DNA of 64,000 nucleotides from Raillietiella orientalis (taxonomy: Eukaryota): assembly GCA_036172245.1 (NCBI GenBank), contig JAYWIR010000006.1, forward strand, positions 1,488,001-1,552,000, read 5' to 3'. The notes beneath the pieces were generated by a model, which saw nothing but the letters and a program-made list of their open reading frames with translations, was not told where the DNA came from and made no database searches. The position numbers and the translations under genes are program-made. Below, one piece after another: positions 13,021 through 26,559 of the stretch (positions are counted from its first letter, which is position 1; every line of letters begins with the position of its first letter).

Positions 13021-14599
13021 TTTCGCGTGTCCGGGGCTGATCGATGAGGACGGTCAGCTGGAGTGCCTCCCGGAGAAATGGGGAGGGGTTGCCCTCCTCC
13101 TATTGCTCCTCCTCCTCCCTCCTGGAAAGTCCGGAGAAGGGGAGGAGGTGGAACCTTCCGGAATTTGCGCATCCTTCCTCCTCCCCACTTCCGCCGGCGT
13201 CGAGGCGAGGTCATGATCGAAGTCTTCCTCTGCAGCCGCGTGCTCGCGGGAAAGAGGGATAGGGTGGGGTGAGGTGGCTGAAGGGTGCTCTTCAGCTTGG
13301 GCGTTGGCCTCCGCGATGGAAGCGCCGCTCGCCTCACCAAGAAGAGTAGCCGACCTTCTGTTGGCGGTGCCGGCTGACCTCGAATGGCATCATCTTCAAA
13401 GAAGGACAGGAGTTCCACGCCGTGAAGCTTCGCACCGGTCCCACGAGGAAGAAGAAAAGCGGGAAGAGACCCCTCTTCGAGGGAATGGAGCGGGAGCGCA
13501 CGGTGGTGCACGGTGCCGAAGACGGCCGTCGACGAAGAGGAGGAATTCGTTCCCGTCCTAGGTGCTGGAGAAGGAGAGAGGAAGGGAGGGAGACGCGCAG
13601 GGCGTGGGAGGGAAGGGTCGGTTCTACCCCTCGTTTAAAAGTGGTTGCAGAGGTCCGCTGGAACCCGTGTCCCTCCTGAGGACAGTGGAAAAGGTCGACG
13701 CTCACTGGTCACGTGGAAACGCCTCGAATATCTTTGCGTCCGTCTTCCGCTTCCTCTTCCACCTCCTCCTCACCGTCACTGGTGCTTCCTCGCTTCCTCC
13801 TCCCGGCAGCCGTTGCTGCTGCTGCCCTCGTTCGGGAGGGAAAGGAGGCCTTTGCCACCCGAAGCGCGGGTGGGTCGGCGCCGGCAGAGTTCTTTGCAGC
13901 TGCTGCGGACGCCGTGCGCGCGCGCGCGCAGTGACGTTCGTGGTGCCAGGAACAGGGTGGGTGCATCGGTGCCTCACCCGTCGGGAAGGAAGCGGCCTGA
14001 CTTGCCAGGGGTCGAGGGCGCGCCATCGGCCTTGCCAGTCGCGGTCGCATTTTCGCCCTTCGGCTGTCAGAAAAATAAGAAATCTGCCCTGGGAAGCGAT
14101 CCTCAGTGTACTGAAAGGCACCGGGAGCAGTTCCTTGGGAGGCCCTCAAGGCAGAGGCCATCCGCTGAGATTCTGAAGGTCTGGGAGCGCGCACTCCTCA
14201 GCCATGAGCTCCCCTTCCCCCACGCGAGTGGGTAGGGGGGAGGAAAAGGGGAGAAGGGGCGAGAAGGAAGCGGCACCCTCACCGCTCGGTTCTTTGCTTC
14301 GGACCGCGGAAGATACAGTCGGTCAACTTCGGAGGGATCGAGAGGAGACGAGCGAAGAGGGTGCTGCCTCCTCCGCTGCTGGTCCCTATCGGAGGCAGTC
14401 CGCTCTCCCCATGAAAGCGCTTTCCCACCTCCTCTCCCGGAGTTGGCGAGGGGCCGGCGGAGTCGGCGTTTCTCTCGCGACGCGCTCTCGACTCGCCAGA
14501 CGGCGGGAGAGGAGCTCCGTGAGGGCGGCGGGCGGGGCAGGCTCTCGGGCGGAGTCCTTATTTTCGCTCCCGGAGTCGGCATCCCAGAGCCAGAGTCGT

Positions 14600-17330
14600 C
14601 ATCCCAAGCGCCGTCTGCCTTCTCCCGCAGGGACCCGGCGAAGGGTTCGAAGAGGGTTGGTTGGTTGCTCCTGGCAACGGGATCCGAAGGAGGTGCCGTC
14701 GGGAATCGACTTCCGGGTTTTCCGAAATCTCGAACGGCACTCCCGGTATCCAGCTCGACGATCGTCCCCCGTCCTCAGCCCCGCGTCTCTTCGCAGGTCA
14801 AGGGCCACCTGCGCCGAGGGGGGGCTGCCTGTGGCTCTTTGCCATGGCCCTGAGCATCGTTGAGCTGGGGGTCGGCGCGGGGGTCTCAGCAGGGCCAGCG
14901 CGTTTCTCGCTGCCACAGGAAGGACGGTGCTCCTCCTCCCCCTCCCACCATCTCCTCTCTTGGCCGTGAGAAGGGGAACCCAGGTTGGTCCTCCGTCCCG
15001 GTGATCCCCGCAGAGAGTTTTGTGACCACCGGATCCGGAATCTTCGGTCCCCTCCGTTCGGCGTCGGCGCGTAGATGCCGCAGGGAGGCGCGCCAGGCTG
15101 CCGTGGACGAGGCACTCGGAAAACTGGAATCGCTGGCGCAGCAGGAGCCTACGGGACCGCTCCTGCCCGGGCGCCTCCAGCGTTGGCTCCAAGGCGAGTC
15201 CGAGTGGGAGGGGGAGGGGAGTCCAGCAGTCTGACGAGACCCCCTCCTCCCGTCCCTGCTGGTCGGGAGCGCGGGGGAGGAGGGGAAGATCAGGTCTTCG
15301 CGCGCCTCCTCCGCCGTGCCGGGTCATCCAGAACCCTCCCCTTCCCCGGGAGGGGAACGTCGGACGTCGGAGGGCGGCGGATCCAATGAATGCGCCCGCT
15401 CGGGCTCATGCGGACCCCAAAGCGCCGGCGTTCGGAGGTCCTTCGTGGAACCACCCCTCCGGTCCATCTCGGCTCCCGAACTCCGAGAAGAGGAGCTCTC
15501 GCAGACAGAGGGCAGGCGAGCAGATCGGGATCGGCCCAGGGAGCTCCCCTTGCTGGGGCTGGAAGACACCGAGAAGAGACTCGGGCAACGATTCACATCA
15601 CCATCCCCTTTGCCCTCACCCTTTCCCTCAGAACTGCATCTCTCCCGACGCCGCAGTCAGGGATTCAGGGGAGGCGCGCTCCTCGAGCCCTGGAAGGAAG
15701 GGAAGGACCTGGGGAGGGCGGGCGGATAGCTCTTTCCGAGCAGCCCTGGCGAGGCGCCGCCATCATCTGCTTCTTGGAGGACCGCGACTGGAGACGAGCC
15801 GTTCTCAACGGCTCCCCCTCCTGCATCCTCCCGGATCCCCTCTTCCTCTCGCAGTTTCCTAAGCAAAGCTTCCCAGTGAGGGTTCCTCGCCTCCCTCCTC
15901 CTCCCCGCCGAAGGAGAAGAGAGGAGGTCTCTCGCAGCCGCGATCCTAAGTGCACGGTGCCCACCACCTCTGTCAGGTTTCGGACTCCGGGAGACGCTGT
16001 GCCTCTTTGCCCGTCCTCCCACTCCCCTTTCCCGCTTAGCCCGCCCCCGGCTCGCTCCCCGTCCGTCTGGGAGCGCGGGAAGGAAGTGCAGCCTACCTGG
16101 GAAGGGCAGCGGAAGGATGGGGGGTAGTTTCATAGCTGCCGTCAGGTAAGCTGCAGGCGTTCGCAGAGAAGGAAGAGCAGCAGCACCGCCCGGCGGCATC
16201 CTAGGCAAACCGCTCGAAGAGAACTCCCCGCTCCCTGCCGTTGCCTTTACTCCCGCGCGCGCACGGGAAAGCTCATCTTCCACATCTTCGGCGATGCCAC
16301 CCTCCCATTTTCGGATGAATTGGGAGTCTCTCCTGTATTTTCGAGACGCTCCCTATTCGAACCGTCTTTTCTATCGATTTAGTGAAATATCCGCACAGGG
16401 GTTGAAACGCCGCTCGCTAGATGTCGCTGCTCGAAGAGCGCGGGCGCGCGCGAAGGGATGGAGGAGAGAGGTTGGGGAAAAAAAGACGCAAAACATTTGT
16501 TCCTTTCGATTCTCCGTGACCGGCACCTTCCACAATGACCGGGCCCCGGGGACAGGTGGGTTTCCCTTCAGGGTAAAAACCCGAGAACAGTTTCGAGTTC
16601 GTCCTGAGACAGGGCATTCTCGAGAGGGGCGGGAGTCTCTGAGGGAATTCATCCCTTGGGACCCACCAGGCCTGCTTGAGTCGTTGCGGAGGTTGCTCGG
16701 CCTCCCGGCGCCAGCAAGGGGGGGAACCTTCGAGGACAGGGATTTCCCGTTCCCGGGAGACCGCCTCGGCAAGGAAGAAACAGCATCCTGGGCTCGGGTC
16801 GGCGAACCGCCGGCCACCAGGCTCAACGTGCTTGGAGCATCGGGGCGGCTGCGCGGGTACGCAGCGGTGTCGGTATCAACCAGGTGTGCCGACTCAAGGC
16901 GAAGCGGAGACCGCAAGAAGAGGTTCGGCATCCCCCCATCCACTCTTCCTCCGGTCTGGGATATTTCCTCCCAGATGCCGTGGCACATCGGCTCGCACGA
17001 GGGTCTCCAGAGCGCTCTGCTGAACCGGGCATGCGCGAACTCGAAGAGGCGGTGAGGAGGAGGGGGACAGAGCATTCGGCTGATGGGGGAAACTTGAGCG
17101 GGATTCTCGCACGGGACGGGGAAATGAGCTTCCAGCGATCCCCGGCAACGGTGACTATACCGAATACGAGAAGCTGCATTCTGCAGCGAGTCGTATTGCG
17201 GATCCAGAATCAGGAAAAAGAGTCGAATACTTCGATCCGGACGGGAAGACAGCAGAGCAAGGAAAAATGGACCGAGGAGAGAGGGGTGAGCCACCGGGAA
17301 CGGTGGCCCAAGCAGCCGCGCCTCACATCG
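14600..17330 (+). mobile_element. Decayed LINE ORF2 (APE-RT)
   Basis: GLVGCSWQRDP and QLDDR (APE), MNWESLLYF..YSNRLF (V.W.FL...F), RGYAAV (YLG position). Confidence 0.5.
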
Positions 17331-17459
17331 TCATCAGCGTGGATCTAGCTCTAAATCCAGCCACTCTCTATGCGACCCCAGCGCCCGTCTCTGAGTTCGC
17401 TTGCGACGCACGGAAGAGTGGCGTGCTGGGGTGGGCGGGAAGCGGGGCGAACTCCGACA

Positions 17460-20290
17460 GGAGGACCCTCCCAGCCTCAAAAAGTTCCTAGGTCATACAG
17501 AGGGGGATCTTTTGCAGAAGAGCTAACCTCCAGGTGACACCAGGACGCCAACCCAGCGGCTGCCCCTTCGCTATGCATCCCTTGCGGTAACCAGCAGCTC
17601 CTCTGAAGCAGTGAACGCCTTATACGACGACAGAGTCGCGTCCTTCTCCGCAACAATGAACACCGTCGAAGGAACCCTCGACCTCTGAGCAACAATGAAC
17701 ACCGTCGAAGGGACCCTCGACCTCTGAGCAACAATGCACACTACTTCAGGAGAATCCACACTCCCTACGGTGCTGAATGAAGTCTCGGCGGAACCATCAC
17801 CGGCCGTGCCACCGGTCCATGCGGCGGTCGTTATCGTTCTCCTTCCCGCGGAAACAAGAGGCGCTTTTTCATAGCTGCGCACGCAGACCGACCTTTGGCA
17901 GCTCTTCCACAACAACGCGTGCTGCTGGCTGGAGCTGCCGGGGAGCACGCAAGAGACTTTCAAGGTTGTGGCACTAGAGCTCTACGTTTTGCATGTGAAT
18001 GCGGAACGCGCACCTTCCCCGTCGTGTTTTCCACGCCGAAAGCTCCCCAGGCGGAGGAGAAAGGAAGAAAGGGAAAAAAGCGCATCAGGGGACACCTCGC
18101 CACCCTCGAGGTACGCAAGGCTGCGATGTTGGATCCTCAAGGAGATTTGCGGGAGAGCGGCAGAACGGAAGGCGATCAACCGCTTTCGAAAGGAGGGGGA
18201 GGGAAAAGGGGGTAGGGAGGAAGGTGTTCATTCCTTCGTGGGCGGTTTTGTTTCTCGACGCTGCTGTAGCTGCACCCTCCGAGTCCAGAAGTCGCTGCCG
18301 AAACGTCGGCTGGCAGCAGCGTTAGCTGGTGGCTGGGAAACGCGTCTTCTGGGTGAGAAGCCTCTCGTCCCCCGTGCACTGTCTCTTTTTCCTCAAAGCG
18401 GGTGGCGCCTCGCGCGTCTTTCCCTTTGATCAGTGCTCCGTGGTTCATCCGAAGGACTCTGGCGTTTGCGGGCGACTTTCTAATTATCCTCGCGTGATCC
18501 AATAACTCAGCTCCACACTGCTAATGCCAGCTCCATGGTCACGTCGTCCCTTGTTTGCCGGAAGTGTCTTGTGACAGCTTGTTACTTCATTTTGGCAAAG
18601 CTCACTTAATCTTCTGTTGTGCTTTTGGAAATATTTCAAGGCCAATAAGCATCATCTATCGACAGAAAGCTGCTTTATTTACCCTCCCTCAGAAAGTGAG
18701 ATAAATAGAAAGCCGGAGAAGAGTAAGCAGAGGGCGTGCCTCTGTTAAGAGTTTGGTTCGTTTGTTTTCGAAAGCAGCAAATTGCAAGTCTCCTTGACGA
18801 AAGTCCTCCTGCAACTTTCCTCCGAATTCGTTTCGTCCGGATCAGTTATTAATAGCTCGATTCTTGAATCCCCAATAGCGCGTAGCTGCCTACATCGTGC
18901 AGCCTCGGCTCGTGCTAGGAGAGGCGCGCACCACTGCTTCCGCGAAGTGCGACATTTAGACTTCGCAGCAACCTTCCCTCTTTCCTTCCCTCCCCCCCTC
19001 GTTGTCTTTTTTTCGGCCCAGGATTGCAGCAGCCAGCAGCTTAATGGTCCAGACGAATGATCTCCTCGGAATGGCAGTTAGTTTCCGATCCCGGCGAGCG
19101 GAGAGCCGCTTCTGGCGTCGCACGCATTTGGAGCTCCTCTTCTCCTTCCCAGAGAGCCGTCGAGGACGGTCCACATCTGGAGAGGAAGGGGCACGTCGTT
19201 CCGGGAAGTGGGGAGTGTGGGCGAACTTTCGTGGGGAAGGCTGGCAAGGTTGCGCCGGAAGGAGCCCGCCGCCCGAGCGTCACCGCTCGTGCCCAAGTCC
19301 TGCGCGTACTCCGACGTGTGCGCGGACGCGGCAGTTCCTTCTTTCGGCCTGCTTGCTCCACGGCGTGGCTTTCCGCCACAATCTCGGGGGCGACGAGTAA
19401 ACGCAAGGGGAGAAGAACCAAAATATGAAAAAGAAAACGCGAGTCTCCAGTTGCCGGAGTTGCGCGGTTTGGTCGTTACGCGGGTGCGCGAGCGGCAAGA
19501 GCTCCGGGTGCCGAGGAACGAGCGGGAGCAACGATTCATCAAAGCATCTGCGAACGTTTGGACCGCACGGAAACGTTTGCGTTTCACAGCTCCTCCCGGA
19601 GTCTTAAAACAGAGTCGTCGTCACAACAAGTTTTAATTTACGGTAAACCATCGTTCGCTCCAGGCTGCAGAGAGGTTTGCAGTTTACGGAAAAAAAAGGT
19701 CCCACCGTTTATGCACTCTTGTAAACAAAGGGATGATCTACGCTCTGACTAAAAGGCGGAGAACAATCGCAGTGGCCTGGAAATAAAGCAGGGACCGCGG
19801 AACGGGAGAGCCGCTGAGGCTGCGCTCGCAAAGACGCGCCAAAGCTTCCTCCTCTGCCTGCGGAGCGACCCCTTCCCGGGAGGGAGCGCACATGTGTCTT
19901 TTTTGTGGGATCGTCTAGAAAACTCCACTTTTTAAACAAACCTTCGCGCTTTGTATTTGCAAAAAAAAAAAAAAAAATTAACGCTAAAGTTACGCGCCTT
20001 TATCCTTCTAGGGGACGTTGTACTCGCTGCTGCTGCTGCTTGGCTAGGGCTGCACCGAACTCTTGGTCGTCTTTTTTGCATGGTTGTTGTTTCTTCTTTT
20101 TGTCGGGAGCATTGGAAAGGAACGTTTCCGTACCTGACGCTGATGCTGCCTTTCGCGTGAAACCTTAGACCTGCGTGTTCCTGCGCGCGCGAGCGTTTTC
20201 TCTTTTCTTTTTCCCCCTTTTCCCTGTTTTGTTTTGTTTTCATCAATTTGTTGCGTCTTGCTACTCGGATATAACAAACTCTTGCCATCA
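17460..20290 (+). mobile_element. hAT-superfamily transposase pseudogene (DUF659-like), near full length
   Basis: Ordered motifs: LKKFLGHTEGD (BED end), PPSRYARLRCWIL, AGGWET (DGW), ITQLHTANASSM (VVQVVTDNA), SLNLLL, VKSLVRLFSK, EHWKGTFPYL and PACSCARERF (hATC dimerisation WW..FP.L and S..ER.FS). Confidence 0.75.
17651..17737. repeat. 39-bp tandem duplication (~2.2 copies) inside the hAT N-terminal linker
   Basis: caacaatgaacaccgtcgaagg(a/g)accctcgacctctgag twice, then caacaatg; one mismatch; no spacers. Confidence 0.95.
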
Positions 20291-20560
20291 CGAGACGTTG
20301 CTAATTGTTGGGAAGAGTTATTAAATTCAATGCGGTGTTACCGGGTCCCGCGAAAAGCGAAACCAGTCCTGTCATTCAAAACAAAGTAATTTGCACATAG
20401 GTTATTTCATCTGCTTGCCAAGGAAAACAAGCAAATATTTTGCAAGGAATCCCTATAGACCTCGTGAGATGCGTTGTCCTCATTAAGCCAATACACTTCG
20501 CCGGAATATACAGATGTACTACATCACTTTATTGAAATCGCACTGTCCAGTGCAAGACCG
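20290..20560 (-). mobile_element. Probable hAT C-terminal dimerisation remnant, possibly the end of the 26560-28880 element
   Basis: AT-rich; VYWLNED...FLAKYLL..ASR (YW....L..LA...L...AS pattern). Confidence 0.35.
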
Positions 20561-21169
20561 GCGGTTTCACCGACACATTCCGTCGTCGCCGGGGCACGCT
20601 TCACGCGCGGGATGCGAAACGGTGAACGCTGTGCGCGCGCTGTTGCTCCATCGCTCCGCAATGCAGGAGTCGCGAAGGAGAAATGGGCATCAACGAGGGC
20701 ATTGCGAAGCTGTGATGTCGTCGCAACAATGAGTGCAACCGCACTGTTGTGGTGCGATGTCGCAACAACGAGCGCACCGCGCCGCTGCAACAATGAGCGG
20801 CAAATGCTGCGTAGGCCCGATGAACAAAAAAGCCGTACTTCCTCATCGCCGTGCAAGTCCCCCCCTCCCCCCCCAATTCCGCTTTGCTTGCCGCCCAAAC
20901 CACCATCTGTTGCCTCCCGAGGAGCCGAAAAAGCCGCGTTGCTCGGGACAGATCGTGGCTGCCTTGAAGTTCGCTTGGTTTCCTTCGCGGAGCTTCCCGA
21001 GAGACATGCACATCCTCCTCGTCATCATCCGCGGAGGTTTCGCAGCGCGTTGCCTCAGCAACTCGCCGTGAGGTTGGAGTCTGCTGTCAACCCGAGGAAG
21101 CGCGCAAACGGGAATCCCCATGACTCTTGATCGGCGAAGCAGTGGGGCTCTTGAGCACTGGTTCTGAAG

Positions 21170-23300
21170 GAACCGATCAGGGTCGGTCCAGGTCGGTCGG
21201 GATTCTGTAGCCCGATCTCATCTCGAGGAAACGACGATTTCGAAACGGCAGCCGTGACGAACAGGGATGGCCTGGGAGACGAACAGCAGTCCGGATCGTG
21301 CTCGCGCGCGGGTCGAACCGAAGGGAGTGGAGGAGCTCGCGCGAGAGGGTAGGGAGTGAAGAGCGTCTCGCCCGCGATCCCGCTCTCTCGCCCTTACACA
21401 TAAAGAAGGCACCTCCTGGGACAAGCGGGCGACTGCGGGCTTCCCCCATCTTGTCCCATCTGCCGCGTTTCCCACTGGTGATCGGCACCGGAGGCGCTGG
21501 CAGCATGGTCCCAAGGGACGCGCGGGTCAGAGGCAAGGCATGCAGGTCCAGAGCACCTCCGAAGGGAAGAGGGAAGCGAGGGGAGGGGGGGACAGGGCGG
21601 GGGATTCCGTTTCGTCGGTCGCGGAGGCCTTCCGGAGCGCCATCTGCCTTTTCGGAAGTTCGAAGGGTCCGCAACTTCCCTTTTCGCGTGTCGAGGGAGG
21701 CTCGGATGGGGGCAGAGGAGGAGGAGGAAGAGAACACAGAATCCTGAAGGTCCTCGCGGCCACGACAGGGGCAGGGGAGAAGGCGGAGGAGACTGGAAGT
21801 TACGGGAGAGAACTCAGCAAGCACGGCAGTACTCACCGAGTCTGACCGACCACAACGGCGGGCCCACGTCCTTCCCAGAGGTCGAGGAAACCGGGAGGAC
21901 CCGGGAGGAGCAGCGTCTACTCCACCGCTCGGCCCCTGTCCCACCCCCATCGCCGCAAGTCAGCTCCAGCGGCAACTGTGGCTGTGGCTGCATCCTCCGA
22001 ACCTTCCTGGAACAGACTTCCGTGTCTCGGCGGGGCAGAAGGTCGGAGGCCTCTTCGCTTCCCCTTCCATGCCAATGGGTTTGCGCCCGCCTCCCGCCCA
22101 CCCTCGAAGGAGTTCCGTTCCCAGTCACACCTGCTAGGGGCCGGGTCTGGATCGCCTGGGACAATGAGATGGGGTTGCCTCCGGCGGCCGACAGACTCGC
22201 TCGGCGAAGCGTATGCCGAGCCACTTCCGTTCCCTCTTTCCTGGAAGACAAGGCACGGGGGGAGGCGTCCGTGGGAACACCGCGAGGGTCATCGGTCGGG
22301 TCTCTCCACCACCCCAAGAGCTCGCAAGAGCCCCTGAGTGATTTGGGCCCCCATCCCCATACTTATCCCCGTAGTGCTCCTCCGGAAAGGGTCGTCATTC
22401 CTCTCCTCCCCGCGGCCCCGTACCTTCAGGGCTGCTCCTCCCACGAGACCATCTGTTCGACCTCGCCTTCCTCACTTCCCCCCCCCCCCAGCTGGCGCAG
22501 GGATTCCGCACGTGACTGAGAGGAGGACCAGAGGACGAGGGCTCTCCCGGAGGAGGAAGAGACAGCTCCGGGCTGATGCGGGTGCGAAGGACTCGGCCCT
22601 CCCGAGCGAGTGGTGCGCGGCGCACCCTCCGGGGAGGGGAGAGCGGTCGCTAGCGAGGAGCAGCGGGGATGGCAACCTGCCGCTGAAGGTGGGACGGGAA
22701 AGCCTCGGGGATTCGACGCGCGCCAGGAATTCCTCCCATCCCCCGGGTCGGCTGCTTCCGACGGGAGCGCGGTGCCTGCGCTACCCCGCCGAAGGCAGGC
22801 TTGGCCCCGAGGGCGTCCCCTGCCCCTTCCGGATCCTCGAGCATTCGATTCCGGCATGCCGGCTCCCAAACAGCCCTCTTCCGCCTCCCCTTACCCTGGG
22901 GCTCTAGACGGGGAGGTCGGCTGGACCTGAGCACGGGTGTCGACGCAGTGGGCGGAAGGTACGTGGTCTGCTGGGGCAAGGACGGATCAGCCCTTCGCTC
23001 CCTACCCCTCCCTTCTTATTCCGTCGCGCTCGCACGGCGATCTTTCGGGAACCCTCGCAGAAACCAGCCGGAACGGGCGTCGCCGCTGGAAAGCGCGCGA
23101 GTCGGAGGACGAGTGGGGCAGCCCTCAGGCGTTTCGATTGTTCCCTGGGCGGATCCCCCGCGGGGTGGGGGGCGTTCCGGCCTTCCTGGATCTCCCGAGG
23201 CGTGTCAGCGGCCGCACCTTGAGGGCGCAGCGGGAAAATCAGGGCGAAATGAGCGGCGGGCGGAGCAACATGTGGGACGACACGGAAAGAGCCAAGAGGG
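21170..23300 (-). mobile_element. LINE ORF2 relic (APE-RT start)
   Basis: NSWRASNP (D.WR..NP) at ~22710-22735; AAPPGSSRFPRPLGRTW (KAPG.DG.P..F..W) at ~21870-21915. Confidence 0.55.
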
Positions 23301-23999
23301 GAGGGGGGTCAGAAGAAACCTCACAGTCCGACGCCTGGGACGCTGCTCGGCTCCAGTCCCTGAGCAGGGTCGGCAGCTCCCGGCACTATTGGAGGGCGCC
23401 ACCGGTTCCTCCTTGTCGCCGCGGGACTTCCGGAAAGGCGGGTGAGCTCCCTTCCACGGCACCACCAGCTCGACGCTCCGTGCACGCCGCGTTCACGTGA
23501 GCGGCAGCGTCCTGGCACGAGGCGCCGGGGCGGCAGAGCAGCGCGCGCTCGCCTTCCGCGGCGGTACCCAACGGTGCCGCTTCGGCTCAGCGTGTACGGG
23601 GTGAGCGCGGCGTGCGGGTGCTCCGGGACGTGCGGAAACGGCGGCTCGGCCGTGCGAGTGTGTGCGTGCGCTCACCCTGCTGCTTGCGGCGGCACGGCAG
23701 GGGAGCGAGCGAGCTAGCGTTCCCGTTTGCGCGCGTCCCGTGGTTCGCCGGAACGGGACTCCACCGCCGCCCTCCTGGTCTGCTTTGCGCGTTCCTTCCC
23801 ATGGCTGGCGTCGCCGTCGCCGTCACCGCGTTCCGAGCCACCGGGCGGCGCCACAGCCGCGCGCTCGGAAAGCCGACGCGCGCGGTAGCCGGAGACATTG
23901 ACACATGGGACTTTTCGAGTCCCGCTTCCCTCCCGTTCCCTTCTCCCACAAATCACGGCTCCGTCCCACCCGACGGGGATCGCGTCAGGCAGCGACACC

Positions 24000-25150
24000 C
24001 GTAGTGAAGGATGGATTCATTCCCCGGGATCCGGAGGCCGCTTGCCTCCCGTCGGGAGGAAGCAGCGGCGTGCATCGCCGCCGCTTGGCGTCTCCCGCGG
24101 CCGCCGCCTTTCCCCCCATCGAGTCACCCTCCCCTTTCCCCCCCCCCCTCACGCGTGCACGCTCGCCCCTCCTTCCGGGAGGCCTCGTTCGGGGACGGCG
24201 CGATCGCCCGGCCTTGTCGATCGTCCGGGGCCACTCAGGGAGGCGGGCGGGCTTCTTTAGCTCTCGGGTTCTTCCGAAACAGGGGGAGACTTCCGACCCT
24301 TTCCATTTGCGCCTTCCTCTCCCTTTCTCACAGGCTCTCTCTTTTTCGGGGTCGCGCACCAGCGGTCGCCGGCCGGCTGCTGGACGCTCCCCGGAGAAAC
24401 AGGAGGGATGCTGTCTCTGCCCTTCCTTTCAGCGCCTGAAGATGACCTCGGCTGGAAGCTCTGGATCAGCGGGAAGGACCCTCCTCATTCGATGTCGACA
24501 TCTGCTTTTCTTCCTCTCTTCCCCATTCGTCTGATCGTGGGTCGAGGGGGAGGGGGAGGAAGAAGAAAGGAAGGGGAGGAGAGCCTGAGAAAGACAGAAG
24601 CACTTCCCTCTCTCGCTTCCAGAGATTTACAAGAACGACCCGGGAGCTCTCCTGCCTCATCCGGATGAGCTCCAGGAACAGCTCGTGCGGCATCCGGGAA
24701 GCACCGCACTTCTTTCGGGAAGGTTAGAACGGACAAGACGCGTGCAAAAGGCGCCGAGACGCCTCCGGATCGCTGCGCTTCTCAGACTTTCCGTTAAGGG
24801 CAGCGCCCCGCGCTCTTCTCTTGCACCTCCGGCGTGCGGAGAAGGGAGGAGGTCGCTCGCATTTCCCAAGGAGTGCAGGGGCTGGAAGGGCAGTCGAAGG
24901 ATGGGGCGCCTGTTGGGAGGAAGGAAAGGAGCAGGAGAGGACCCGCATTTCTTTCCAGAGGCGTTTCCCCGTCCGGCTCCTCCCCTCGGGCGGGAATCTC
25001 TCCTTACGAGGGGGGATTCCTGTCTCTCGTGCGCTTCGCTTGAAGGGCGCGGCACGCCTCGTGGGGAAGGGTGCGGCCGGCATTTGCATCTCTTTCCCCT
25101 CCCCCCTCCCTCTCCCGCTTCCCTATTCCCTCCACTTTCTTGAGGATCTA
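24000..25150 (+). mobile_element. LINE 3' fragment
   Basis: DSCLSCASLEG...CGRHLHLF zf-RVT-like motif at ~25015-25095. Confidence 0.4.
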
Positions 25151-26559
25151 GCTGTTGCCTTGCGAACGGACGCATTCTGAGCACGCGCGCGCGCGAGCCC
25201 TGCATCGTCCCGTCATCCGCCGGTGCTCTCGCCCGCCACATGGCGCTCGCCCATGACCCCGATGTTCGCCGGAGGAGCTGATGGCGTGTCGTTTTTTTTT
25301 TTTTTTCTCCCCCCCCCCCCGCTTTCCCCTCTCCTCGTCTTCCTCCGCCTGCGCCGTGAGTAGGTGGTGTGGCACGTCGCAAGGACCGCAGGGTTCCTTC
25401 TGGGCACTCTCGCCGTCGTTGAGGCTTCCGCGTTCGCTTGCCACGTGAAGGGCGCGCGCGCTCCCAGCGTCGGCTGAGGAACGGCCAGATGGCGGGCGCA
25501 TACGCGGTCAAAAGGCAAAGCCCACACACATAAAAAAAAAAATCGTCTCTTGTTGCAGGTCACGGCGCCTTCGTTTCGTGGAAACGAAGATCCCGGAGAG
25601 AAAGCATCTTCAGAGCACACGCTCCCTCGGTCTCTTGAGCGCGCGCGCGCTCTTCAGTTCTCTCGATCACCGCCGTCGTCTCACCGGGCAGCACTGTTCG
25701 TCGTGGCGCGGTTCGCACCATTTCTATGGGGGCGCGCGGGACTCCTCGCCTTCCACCACCGCCTCCCGGATACTTCAAGTTCTCCTAGATCTCTTCCCTT
25801 GCTCCTCCTCCTCTTCCCTCCCTCTTTCCCCTTCTTCCTCTCGACCCATGATCCGACTCGGAGAGAGGGGGGGAAGGAGATGGTCCAGAGAGGCAGGAGA
25901 AGGGTGGATGCGGACCCAAGGGCGCTATGCTCTCCCCACAGGCCGGAGGCCTGACGTCGCGGAAGGAGGGAGCGGTCGCGTAATCCTCCCATGGCATGCG
26001 GAAAAGCGCAACTCCGTCCGGTCTCGGCGGGGAGCGGAAGCTGGCAGAGCAGCCGCCGCCGCCATATTTTCGGGGGCGTGTTCATTTCTCACGAGGTCGG
26101 ACTTGCGGGAATCGGACGGCGGCGGGGGTTGCCAGGAAACGAACCCCGCGAAGCAGAACGAACGAGCAGGACGAGATTGTCCGGGGATCGTCAGCGCTCT
26201 GGTCTCGAAGGGCGGCTGACGCCACCGATCCGACCCGTCGGCGAAGAGCCATCATCCCCAGGACGGCTTCTGGGCTTTCGTTGGCCTCCCGCGGGATCTC
26301 CCAGAAACACGAACGCGCGCGCGTTCCCAGAGAGAAGCGGCTCTTTCCAAGGAAACTCGTCAACCGCCGCGAAAATTGAAAAAAAAAAAAAAAAAAAAAA
26401 AAAATGAAGGCGAAGGACGAGGACAATAAGCCGCAGCTCAGATGGAAGTTCTGGGCGTCGGCTGTCCTCCCGCGAACCTCGAGGTGGGGCCTCTGCTGTG
26501 TGTTTTTCGGGCGGATTTTCTGGGGGAGTCCGGCCTTGCCGAGGTCCTTTTTTGCCTGA

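Noticed and set aside
17651..17737. 39-bp repeats as a CRISPR array
   Set aside because: Units are directly adjacent with no spacers, there are no cas genes, and the repeat lies inside a hAT relic
17571..17963. Ser/Thr-rich minus-strand ORF resembling an organellar transit peptide exon
   Set aside because: No in-frame ATG and bounded by stops; it is antisense to an ordered set of hAT motifs on the plus strand
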